NCBI GenBank assembly: GCA_004556165.1
Contig: SFIR01000002.1
Location: 2,118-66,117 of the forward strand
Length of the DNA: 64,000 nucleotides
From: Clostridiales bacterium
Lineage (GTDB): Bacteria; Bacillota; Clostridia; Christensenellales; CAG-138
Reading direction: 5' to 3'
Shown here: piece after piece, positions 8,792-16,977 of the stretch
Layout: every line of letters begins with the position of its first letter
Numbering within the stretch: position 1 is the stretch's first letter
Notes under the pieces: generated by a model
Seen by the model: only the letters and a program-made list of their open reading frames with translations
What the model was told of the DNA's origin: nothing
The model's database searches: none
Position numbers and translations under genes: made by a program

Positions 8792-11251
8792 ATGCATATA
8801 TTTACAAAAGATAATAAAAATATTGCCGATAAAACCGTAACGAGGATGAATAGCTTACGCGCGATAGCATTAGCAATGTCAGCGCTGCTGTTTCTATTCT
8901 GCTTCAGCGGATGTTCGGGGGAAGAAGAGGCTTCCAGAGAGGCTGATACAAATGTTTTCAACCTGTTTATGGAAGCAATAAGACAAAGACAGTATATAGA
9001 AGCATATTCGTTTATCAATGACAGTATTGCTTTGGATAGAGGAGAATTATCATTTTCCTCCAAAAGCAGCAATGCGTTGACTACCCAAGAATTTGCCGAA
9101 AGATATGATGAAGTGTATGATATTCTCGGCATCACTTCAATGAGCTATTCAATAATCAGCGATACAAGAAACGGGTCAAAACGGACGATAGAATACACTC
9201 AGGTTTATGAATCCGAGAGCCTCGGTTCATTCGACGCGAGCGGAACGGCTACGCTTGTTCTCGAGAATAACGCATGGAAAGTATCTTGGTCGCCTGCGCT
9301 CATTTTTTCCGAGATGGGTTGGGATGATACTGTCGCTTATTCAAGGCTCAATGCTAAGCGCGGTGATATCCTTGCAGGAAACGAGATCGTGGCTGAAACT
9401 GTCGATCTCGTAACGGTGTATGCACTGTTATCTGAATTTGCGGATAAAGATACCCTTTACGCTCGCATAATTGAGCTTGAAGATCTCTATTCGGAAGCGG
9501 AGAATCAGCTTTCGGCTTTTTCGGATTGGAATGAACTCGGCGAATCCGAAAAGCAGGGTAAAATTTCTTCCCTCGCTAATGAATTGGCCGCCGATAGGCT
9601 GCCTTCATACATGAAGGATTATTCGCTGTTTAAGCAGATATGTGCAGATGGAATCGAAACGACATTCACCGCATTAAATGACGCTGTCGGTATGGACAGG
9701 GAAACCTTTGATAAAAAGCTTGAACATGTTTATGGCAGCGATGGTTCATGCACTCTTGCGCAGTACTATCCCGATGAAATAGACGGGGATACGCTTGAGA
9801 AGCTCGATAGCATCACAGGAATTCATGTTGCAATGAAAAATTACGGAACGGCAAGGTACTATCCGTACGGTACGACCCTTTCTCACATTATCGGCTATGT
9901 ATCTCATGCTGATGAAAGCGATGTCGAGATATTCAACACCGACAGAGATCCGCTTGACGGCTTGTATACCTTGGATAGTATCGTAGGCAAATCCGGAATC
10001 GAACGCAAATACGAAACCACTTTGCGCGGCAAGGATGGATATAAGTATTTTATTAAGGGCAGTGACGGACGCAATATCAGAACCCTCTGCGTAAAAGAAA
10101 AAGAAGATGGCCTCGATGTCAACCTGACTATTGATCTTGAGCTTCAGCAATACACCGAAAAACTGCTTGAACTGGTGATTTACGGGGAAGACTTTACCGG
10201 AGCAGTTGTCGTTATGAATCCGGTGACCGGCGCAGTTGAAGCTATTGCCTCATATCCCGATTACGATCTCAACAGCATTACACGGGGAGAATCCGGGTAT
10301 TATTCCTCGCTGATTGAGGATTCAAGGACACCTTTGGTCAATAAAGCCGTTAACGGCAGTTATCCGCCGGGATCAACTTTTAAGGCTTTTGTTGCAGCCG
10401 CCGCATTGGATCAGAATGTTGTTTCTGCTGACTATGTGTTTACCGGTGAGATTATAAATGACTATTGGACTCCGACGGGATACGGACGTTGGATCTGGCC
10501 CGCAATAAAGAGGAGCAGGGTGTTCAACCGAACTCAGCCTACAAACATGACAAATGCCATGCTTCATTCCGATAACATCTATTTTGCGGATCTTGCATTG
10601 AAAACGGGTGCCGACCGCTTTCTCAGCTATATGAGCGGAATCGGAATGGGTGAAAGAGCACCGTTTGAGCTTACAACATCGAAATCTCAGATAATAGGTG
10701 CGAACACCGCAATGAATTATAAGCTCCTTGCGGATTCGGGGTACGGTCAGGGGGAAGTGCTGATTTCACCCTTGCAGCTTGCCACGATGTTCTGCGCATT
10801 CAGAAATGAGGGCAATATTCCCACCCCATACATAACCGACTCAATCTATAGGACTGAAGGAATCAAACATATCTGTGTCGAGACTGTTTCGCCATCGGTT
10901 TGGATTCCGAATGCCATCAGCGAAAGCACGGTCAATCAAATCGTTCCTATGCTTGAGGGAGTAATGGATCCGGAAAAGAACGGCACCGGCAGAAAGCTCA
11001 GAGTGCCTGATTGCGTTATCGCCGGAAAAACGGGTACTGCCGAGCTCGATGCTGCAAAAACAAGAGCGATTTCTTGGTTTGTCGGCTTCAGGATGGGAAT
11101 GGAAAATGTCGAAGACGAAAGATTGGTGCTTGTCATGTTCGATGTTCCTTATACGGATGAGTACACTTCGCTCAAATTCGATGTTGCGAGGGAGCTGTTA
11201 AAATTGGAGACCTTCGGAGATCCAAATGAACTGTTTTCGGGAGAGGAATGA
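8792..11251 (+). CDS. class B penicillin-binding protein (transpeptidase) with NTF2/MecA_N-like N-terminal region and lipoprotein-type signal
   Basis: Active-site triad motifs 'GSTFK', 'HSDN' and 'KTGTAE'. N-terminal 'LLFLFCFSGC' lipobox-like signal. AAGAGGA ribosome-binding site. Confidence 0.9.
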   Translation: MHIFTKDNKNIADKTVTRMNSLRAIALAMSALLFLFCFSGCSGEEEASREADTNVFNLFMEAIRQRQYIEAYSFINDSIALDRGELSFSSKSSNALTTQEFAERYDEVYDILGITSMSYSIISDTRNGSKRTIEYTQVYESESLGSFDASGTATLVLENNAWKVSWSPALIFSEMGWDDTVAYSRLNAKRGDILAGNEIVAETVDLVTVYALLSEFADKDTLYARIIELEDLYSEAENQLSAFSDWNELGESEKQGKISSLANELAADRLPSYMKDYSLFKQICADGIETTFTALNDAVGMDRETFDKKLEHVYGSDGSCTLAQYYPDEIDGDTLEKLDSITGIHVAMKNYGTARYYPYGTTLSHIIGYVSHADESDVEIFNTDRDPLDGLYTLDSIVGKSGIERKYETTLRGKDGYKYFIKGSDGRNIRTLCVKEKEDGLDVNLTIDLELQQYTEKLLELVIYGEDFTGAVVVMNPVTGAVEAIASYPDYDLNSITRGESGYYSSLIEDSRTPLVNKAVNGSYPPGSTFKAFVAAAALDQNVVSADYVFTGEIINDYWTPTGYGRWIWPAIKRSRVFNRTQPTNMTNAMLHSDNIYFADLALKTGADRFLSYMSGIGMGERAPFELTTSKSQIIGANTAMNYKLLADSGYGQGEVLISPLQLATMFCAFRNEGNIPTPYITDSIYRTEGIKHICVETVSPSVWIPNAISESTVNQIVPMLEGVMDPEKNGTGRKLRVPDCVIAGKTGTAELDAAKTRAISWFVGFRMGMENVEDERLVLVMFDVPYTDEYTSLKFDVARELLKLETFGDPNELFSGEE

Positions 11252-11266
11252 GTTCCGGAGGATGAT

Positions 11267-12118
11267 ATGTACCTGCGCAGTTTTACTTTTCCGTCATCCG
11301 ATACCGAATTCGATTTCATACTATCGGTCAAACGCACCTGCTATGCTTCATACTATCCGTTCCGCGTGCTGGATAAGGACGATCCGACCTGCCTTGAATT
11401 TGAGCCAATAACGTTTTTGTACGGCGGCAACGGCTCGGGGAAAAGCACCGCACTTAATGTAATTGCCGAAGCTCTAAAACTCGATAGGGATACTCTGTTT
11501 AACAGAGGCTCGTTTTTTGAGGACTATATAGACTTATGCAGCTTTGAAACCTCGCTTGAAATTCCGGATAATCGCAGGATTATAACGAGCGATGATGTAT
11601 TTGACTATATGCTCAATATGCGTATGATAAATGACGGAATATCGACGCAGCGTGAACTATTGTTTAAGGATTATATTGATAGAAAGTATTCGTCATTCAA
11701 GGTGAATTCGATACAGGATTATGAGAGCTTGAAGCTGTCAAACAGCGCAAAGAGCAGAACACAGTCAAAATATGTTAAGTCAAATTTAATGCTGAATGTC
11801 AGAGAACATTCCAACGGAGAAAGCGCGCTGAAATATTTTACGGAGAAGATCGAAGATAATGGATTGTATCTTCTTGATGAACCGGAAAACAGTCTTTCTC
11901 CCGAAAGGCAGCTTGATCTGAAAAAGTATATCGAAGACGCGGCGAGATTCTTTTCCTGTCAATTCATAATCGCTACACATTCGCCGTTTTTATTGTCAAT
12001 AAAACATGCTAAAATCTACGATATGGAGGGCCGAAACGTATCGGTCAAAAAATGGACCGAGCTTAGTAATGTGCGCATATATCAGGAATTTTTTAAGGAA
12101 CACTCAAATGAATTTTGA
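11267..12118 (+). CDS. AAA/ABC-type ATPase (AAA_21-like), stand-alone
   Basis: Walker A 'GGNGSGKST', Walker B 'LYLLDEPENSLSP' and H-loop 'IIATHSP'. It starts 16 nt after the PBP stop and has a GGAGGA ribosome-binding site. Confidence 0.8.
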   Translation: MYLRSFTFPSSDTEFDFILSVKRTCYASYYPFRVLDKDDPTCLEFEPITFLYGGNGSGKSTALNVIAEALKLDRDTLFNRGSFFEDYIDLCSFETSLEIPDNRRIITSDDVFDYMLNMRMINDGISTQRELLFKDYIDRKYSSFKVNSIQDYESLKLSNSAKSRTQSKYVKSNLMLNVREHSNGESALKYFTEKIEDNGLYLLDEPENSLSPERQLDLKKYIEDAARFFSCQFIIATHSPFLLSIKHAKIYDMEGRNVSVKKWTELSNVRIYQEFFKEHSNEF

Positions 12119-12128
12119 GCAAATAAAC

Positions 12129-12164
12129 AAGGCTTCGGAAGCTGTCCCGAAGCCTAATTTTTAT
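12129..12164. terminator. bidirectional rho-independent terminator between the ATPase and SDR genes
   Basis: GGCTTCGG (12131-12138) pairs with CCGAAGCC (12147-12154), followed by TAATTTTTA. Confidence 0.65.
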
Positions 12165-12168
12165 CTTG

Positions 12169-12963
12169 TCAGCATGCGTAAATCCTGCCGACTATCAGGT
12201 TTGCAAGCCTTATCGGGAGGAGCCTTATAAGCAAGCAGCATGCTTTATACTTTATACCCACCGTGGATAATGGTTTTGGATGCTTCTTAACGGAGAGCGA
12301 ATACATTTTTTTTGCAATCGCAATCGGCATCATTCCGGTACGCTCATCGCGTTCCATTGTTTCAACAGACCTCCGCATTGCAGAATAGCAATCCTCGCCG
12401 TTAGTAATCTTATCCCTCGCCGCGGTGAATTCGGTCTGAATATCTCCGGGCATAACAGCCGAAAGCTTTATACCGAAAGGCTTGACCTCGTTCGCTAATG
12501 AAAGCACCAATGAATTCAAAGCGGCTTTTGTAGCTGAATAATAGGCCTGGAAGGGTATTGCAATAACACCGGCTACGGAGCTTGTAACGATGATCCTTCC
12601 TGCCGTCTGCGTGCGCATATACGGAAGCACTGCATGAATGCAGCGCACAGCGCCGAAGAAATTCACATCAAATTGCTTTACTGCGGAATCGACATCAGTA
12701 AATTCAACGGATCCAGATATGCCGAATCCGGCATTACAGATAAGTACATCAATCCGACCTGATTGGCTGATGATTTCTTTAATACTCGACTGAACTGCGG
12801 AATCATCAGTAATATCACAAGCTATACTGATTACATTTTCGATGGGGCAGCTGCGGCGACTGAGGCAATATACCTTATCGCCGTTATCGAGGAACAGCTT
12901 TGCGGCTGCAAGCCCAATACCGCTCGATGCGCCGGTTATTACAGTTACACGGCGATCAGTCAT
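12169..12963 (-). CDS. classical short-chain dehydrogenase/reductase (candidate 3-keto-amine reductase)
   Basis: 'VITGASSGIGLAAA' (TGxxxGxG), 'NAG' and the 'YSATKAAL' catalytic YxxxK. Its ATG overlaps the upstream gene's stop (ATGACTGA). Confidence 0.85.
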   Translation of the reverse strand: MTDRRVTVITGASSGIGLAAAKLFLDNGDKVYCLSRRSCPIENVISIACDITDDSAVQSSIKEIISQSGRIDVLICNAGFGISGSVEFTDVDSAVKQFDVNFFGAVRCIHAVLPYMRTQTAGRIIVTSSVAGVIAIPFQAYYSATKAALNSLVLSLANEVKPFGIKLSAVMPGDIQTEFTAARDKITNGEDCYSAMRRSVETMERDERTGMMPIAIAKKMYSLSVKKHPKPLSTVGIKYKACCLLIRLLPIRLANLIVGRIYAC

Positions 12964-14125
12964 TTTTAAGCACGCTTTCGATTATATCAATAGCTTCATC
13001 AAGCAGATCGGTGGTGAGGGTCGCCATATAGCTGGTTCTAAGCAGACATTCGGCAGGCGGCGCAGCAGGAGGAAGCACGGGATTGACATATACACCGGCA
13101 TCAAAGAGCTCCTTTGCCTTGCAAAGGGTACGCATTTCCTCATAGGTGTAGATAGGAATGATCGGAGTAATGCTGTCTCTGATCTTGATATCGCGTTTAC
13201 GCAGTCCGTTGCGCATGTATTCCGCCAGCTTCAGGAGATGCGCGGACATCTCGGGATGCTCCTTGAGAATGTGCAGTGACTCTATCGCGGTCGCGCAGCT
13301 TGCAGGGGGAAGCGATGCACAAAAGATAAACGGACGGGAAGTGTGACGGATGAAATCAATGACCTTGTGATTTCCGGCAACGAATCCTCCGAGAGAAGCA
13401 AGGGACTTACTGAAAGTACCGGTTATCAGGTCAACCTTATCGGTGAGCCCGAAATAATCAGCGGTGCCACGCCCTCCGTTTCCGATAACGCCGAGACCGT
13501 GCGCATCGTCGATCATTACGCGTGCGTTATATTTTTCTGCGAGAGCAACTATCTCGGGCAGCTTACAGATATCGCCGCCCATGCTGAACACGCCATCGCT
13601 GACGATCAGTTTACCGCTTTCAATAGGAACGCTTTTCAGTGCGGATTCAAGATGATCCATATCCGAATGATTGAAACGGATAGTCTTTGCATAGCTTAAC
13701 TTGCAACCATCGTAGATGCTTGCGTGATTATCCTTATCACAGAAGATATAGTCGCTTCTGCCGGCAATCGCACTGATAACACCGAGATTTGTCTGGAACC
13801 CGGTGGAAAAGGTCATAACTGAATCTTTGCCGAGAAAATCTGCAAGCTCCGATTCCAATTGAACATGAAGGTCGAGCGTTCCGTTCAGAAAACGCGAACC
13901 GGAGCATCCTGAACCGTATTTCTCTAATGCATGGATACCGGCTTCGATTACACGCGGATTTGAAGTTAATCCGAGATAGTTGTTTGATCCCAACATAATC
14001 TTGCGCTTGCCTTCCATGATAACTTCAGGAGCCTGCCGTGATTCGAGTTCATGAAAATAAGGGTAGATCTTAGCTTCACGAGCTCTATCGACAAGTTCGA
14101 CCTTGCATTTATCAAATAAATCCAT
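12956..14125 (-). CDS. alpha-oxoamine synthase family PLP enzyme, serine palmitoyltransferase-like
   Basis: 'GSNNYLGL', 'HASIYDGC', the PLP-lysine motif 'GTFSKSLASLGGFV', 'RPFIFCASLPP' and 'PPAAPPAECLLRTS'. As I recall them, these resemble bacterial SPT more than BioF or Kbl. Confidence 0.8.
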   Translation of the reverse strand: MDLFDKCKVELVDRAREAKIYPYFHELESRQAPEVIMEGKRKIMLGSNNYLGLTSNPRVIEAGIHALEKYGSGCSGSRFLNGTLDLHVQLESELADFLGKDSVMTFSTGFQTNLGVISAIAGRSDYIFCDKDNHASIYDGCKLSYAKTIRFNHSDMDHLESALKSVPIESGKLIVSDGVFSMGGDICKLPEIVALAEKYNARVMIDDAHGLGVIGNGGRGTADYFGLTDKVDLITGTFSKSLASLGGFVAGNHKVIDFIRHTSRPFIFCASLPPASCATAIESLHILKEHPEMSAHLLKLAEYMRNGLRKRDIKIRDSITPIIPIYTYEEMRTLCKAKELFDAGVYVNPVLPPAAPPAECLLRTSYMATLTTDLLDEAIDIIESVLKND

Positions 14126-14253
14126 AATCCGCCTCCGTGGTGTAGGGTTTCAAATCCGAAATCGAATTCATATAAATTATACCAACCATATGCACCCTTG
14201 TCAAGTTCAAACGCTTATTTACACCGCATTGACAAAATCGGCAAGGACTGGCT

Positions 14254-14673
14254 TTATTGATCGCAGTTCAGTGAAAGAGCCTTTTTACTGTTCTTTTTTT
14301 CAAAATACTGCTTAATCAAGTTGGAAAAGAAGTTGCCGCGTTCTTCTTCGTAAATCATGAGACCGATTCCGCAAATGAATTCCTGAATAAGTGGGGGATA
14401 TTGCTCATGACATGCCGGGAAAATATCGTGAAGCTTTGTATTATTGGGTCTGAACCATGCGCATTGAATTGCATATTGCATACACCGTGACGATTTCATC
14501 CTTGAAACACCGAAGCACTCATCGATCATGATAAATAAAGATCTTTTGCCGTTATAGTATTGCAGCGGATCCATAATGAACAATTGGATGCAGTATTCAA
14601 GATACCCGAATCCAAGCAGAGAAGGGTTTAATCCGAGCTCAATTAAACGCTCAGATACTGATTGTGATTTCAT
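14254..14673 (-). CDS. Spo0A C-terminal (DNA-binding) domain-only protein, no receiver domain
   Basis: 'LGFGYLEYCIQL' and 'SSRCMQYAIQCAWFRPN...IQEFI' align with Spo0A_C ('KGYLYLREAI', 'RVERAIRHAIEVAWSRGN', 'NSEFIA'). The ATG at 14673 lies 8 nt after AGGAGG. Confidence 0.7.
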   Translation of the reverse strand: MKSQSVSERLIELGLNPSLLGFGYLEYCIQLFIMDPLQYYNGKRSLFIMIDECFGVSRMKSSRCMQYAIQCAWFRPNNTKLHDIFPACHEQYPPLIQEFICGIGLMIYEEERGNFFSNLIKQYFEKKNSKKALSLNCDQ

Positions 14674-15011
14674 TATTCTGTTCCTCCTAATCATGGCTTG
14701 ACGCTTAATCGTCGCAAATATCATAACACAGACAAAAATTATTTACAAATCTGAAAATTATTCTCACGACATCCCTTAATGTTTAATGATTCTCAGAATT
14801 TCGACATAGAAAAAACTTTATTTTGAAAGTAAAAACGGTTCTCATATTGTAATCAGACAATAATATGCATTAGTTCAAACTCGGATAATCTATCTATTTG
14901 GACTAACTAATAAATAAATATATTTTGAAATGTTTGGATTCAGGCTGCCGGTAAACCGAGAAATCAAGGTTTTCTATAAGCGCTTGAAATCGCTTTTTAC
15001 ATAAAATCCCT

Positions 15012-15090
15012 ATGCATCAGAAATGATGCATACAGGCCGCTGACATGACTTTGTCAGCGGCCTGAGCCTTGAAAATCAAGACTTTTTTTA
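15012..15090. terminator. cluster of stem-loops (strong 12-bp GC-rich hairpin plus flanking small hairpins and T-run)
   Basis: ATGCATCA/TGATGCAT (15012-15031). AGGCCGCTGACA (15034-15045) pairs with TGTCAGCGGCCT (15052-15063). CTTGA-AAA-TCAAG is followed by ACTTTTTTT. The cluster lies about 170-245 nt downstream of the 15257 stop on the minus strand. Confidence 0.45.
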
Positions 15091-15256
15091 ATCCATGGTA
15101 CGAGTAGAATTATAGGACTTCAAGAAAAACGCTCATATCAATGGCTTGCGAGCAGTCAGCAAGAAGTATTTGCAATTTGATTACCAATTATTTTAACCCA
15201 AACTCAGTTCGGACACTGAAAAGCATTAAATTTCTTTAGCAGATAATCACTGAGAT

Positions 15257-16498
15257 TTACTGCAACCGAATAAGACGAGCCTTTAACGGACTGACTTTTT
15301 CCAATCGGCGCATATATGATTCAAATACTTCTGAATCAGCGGGATCAGTAGATTCTTTGAGCAATTCACATACCAACGCCAAATGATCTGCATCATCGTT
15401 AGTAGAAAGTTCAACAGCCCGTTTTGCTTTACTGAGCGCTAAAGGTATTTCCCCTAAATGCCTCAAAACAGTTGCATAATTATATAAATATGCCGGCTCC
15501 TCATCATCTAACTCTGTTGTTTGTTTTGCAACTCCTTGTGCTTCTTCAAACATCCTTGCGCCAGCAAGGAGACGTTGCTTTTGATTCAGGATTGAGGCAC
15601 GTTCCTTATTGGTTTGCGCTCTGCTAAGCGCTTTATCCATGATTTTTCCCATGGACTCCATGTGTGCCTGTTCTGAGCCTTGACGATTATAACATGTTAC
15701 TAAACATCCAATCGCTTCAAGAATTTTTGTAAAAGATTCTGTACCTATGGAATCATTTAGATATGATTCCAATTCAAACGAACCCTTTTCAGACCCAAGA
15801 GTTGTTAGTGCACAGAGTTTATCGAAAAAATATTCAAATGGTTGGTTTCTACAATACTCAAGCAATTCTTCTGCCAACTTAACTTGGTTTGTCGAATAGG
15901 CATAATGAAATGCTTCAGATGGTTCAAGTTGACGTAACAAATCATCAACCCCATCTGTCATGTTGTTGCTATTGCTTGTAAATGCTGATGTTATGTTAAA
16001 GCTATCTAACTTTTCAATAATTGTTTGTAGCATACTGTATAAGTCTTTAGAAGAAATTGTTTCTGCAGATTGATAATCATTACCTTCAAAAACAGTTATA
16101 AAAGAGCGGATTTGTTTTTTTGCTTCTCGACATTCAGAAGCATAATTTAAATCACCATAAAAGATAGTCCTACGTGAAATTGTATCAAAAGGAAGATCTG
16201 TCTTATGTTTTGCACACACAATGTATGGCAGACCAGTTTGATATCTCATTCCAAATTCATACATAACATTAGGATTTAATCCAGTTAAATCAATTATACA
16301 TAAATCAGCATTTTGTATCTTATCAATAACATCAGCATTTATATCGCTTGTCCCCACTATTTCGTCTGCTCGCTTAACGTCTAAGTTGTGAAGTTCTCCG
16401 ATTTCTTTTATCAGGGCAAGAAAGTTGTCTGCATGCTTGCGTTCTGGAGAATCTTGTTCTCCAATCGGGGAAACTACAAAACAAAAACGAGTATCCAT
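15257..16498 (-). CDS. orphan protein: N-terminal nucleoside 2-deoxyribosyltransferase-like Rossmann domain + C-terminal TPR-like helical domain
   Basis: 413 aa. The N-terminus 'CFVVSPIGE...ADLCIIDLTGLNPNVMYEFGMRYQTGLPYIV' matches the NDT-like pattern (ADLVIADLTG.NPNVFYELG...KP) as I recall it. The C-terminus 'PAYLYNYATVLRHLGEIPLALSKAKRAVEL' is TPR-like. It has its own promoter and ribosome-binding site. Confidence 0.6.
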   Translation of the reverse strand: MDTRFCFVVSPIGEQDSPERKHADNFLALIKEIGELHNLDVKRADEIVGTSDINADVIDKIQNADLCIIDLTGLNPNVMYEFGMRYQTGLPYIVCAKHKTDLPFDTISRRTIFYGDLNYASECREAKKQIRSFITVFEGNDYQSAETISSKDLYSMLQTIIEKLDSFNITSAFTSNSNNMTDGVDDLLRQLEPSEAFHYAYSTNQVKLAEELLEYCRNQPFEYFFDKLCALTTLGSEKGSFELESYLNDSIGTESFTKILEAIGCLVTCYNRQGSEQAHMESMGKIMDKALSRAQTNKERASILNQKQRLLAGARMFEEAQGVAKQTTELDDEEPAYLYNYATVLRHLGEIPLALSKAKRAVELSTNDDADHLALVCELLKESTDPADSEVFESYMRRLEKVSPLKARLIRLQ

Positions 16499-16531
16499 AC
16501 TGCATTTTTCCTTTCATTAGAGTCTTTTTAA

Positions 16532-16560
16532 TTGTAGTACTGAGATTCTATAATGTCAAT
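16532..16560 (-). promoter_or_regulatory. sigma-A consensus promoter of the islet gene
   Basis: On the minus strand: TTGACA (16560-16555), 17 nt spacer, TACAAT (16537-16532), about 30 nt upstream of ATG 16498. Confidence 0.6.
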
Positions 16561-16607
16561 AAGAAAAAAATCGAAAAAGTCGGTTTCTTATGATATTAAC
16601 CAATATG

Positions 16608-16640
16608 TTAAAAGAGGGTGAGCCCTATAAGAACTCACCC
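16608..16640 (-). terminator. rho-independent terminator of tRNA-Leu
   Basis: On the minus strand: GGGTGAG-11 nt loop-CTCACCC (16640-16616), followed by TCTTTT. Confidence 0.65.
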
Positions 16641-16641
16641 A

Positions 16642-16724
16642 TGGTGCGAATGGGGGGATTTGAACCCCCAAGCTTTCGCCGGCGGATTTTAAGTCCGCTG
16701 TGTATGCCGTTCCACCACATTCGC
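16642..16724 (-). tRNA. tRNA-Leu (anticodon UAA), CCA encoded
   Basis: The reverse complement reads GCGAATG-TG-GTG..CAC-A-GCGGA-CTTAAAA-TCCGC-(13 nt variable arm)-GGGGG-TTCAAAT-CCCCC-CATTCGC-ACCA. This is a full cloverleaf with a long variable arm. Confidence 0.93.
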
Positions 16725-16760
16725 ATAAAAAATATTTAACCCTTGCCGGCAGCGAAGAAT

Positions 16761-16789
16761 ATTATAATTCACTGTGAACTTAAAGTCAA
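16761..16789 (-). promoter_or_regulatory. sigma-A consensus promoter of tRNA-Leu
   Basis: On the minus strand: TTGACT (16789-16784), 17 nt spacer, TATAAT (16766-16761), about 35 nt upstream of the tRNA 5' end. Confidence 0.65.
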
Positions 16790-16900
16790 TAATGAAATAC
16801 GGTTAATGCTTGAATTGCAGGTTTCAGCTCAAACGTCCGCATTTTAAACACTTATGATCAAGTGTCCCCGTCTCTTGCCTCGGGAAAGAACCGCGCCGTC

Positions 16901-16930
16901 AAAAAAGCCCACATTATAGTGAGCTTTTTT
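16901..16930. terminator. A/T-flanked stem-loop downstream of the aminotransferase gene
   Basis: AAAAAAGCCCAC-ATTATA-GTGAGCTTTTTT, with one mismatch in the stem and U-runs on both strands. Confidence 0.5.
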
Positions 16931-16977
16931 AACAGCATAGACAGCACTTCTGCGGTGCCATTACGCGTATGGTATTA

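Larger units (their letters stand above)
15093..16641 (-). mobile_element. putative tRNA-Leu-associated AT-rich genomic islet (no integrase present)
   Basis: The composition is visibly more AT-rich than the flanks. It abuts the 3' end of the tRNA. A degenerate copy of the tRNA 3' end plus flank (CCATGGTaCGAgTaG versus CCATGGTgCGAaTgG) occurs at 15093-15107. It contains a single cargo gene with its own promoter. Confidence 0.35.
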
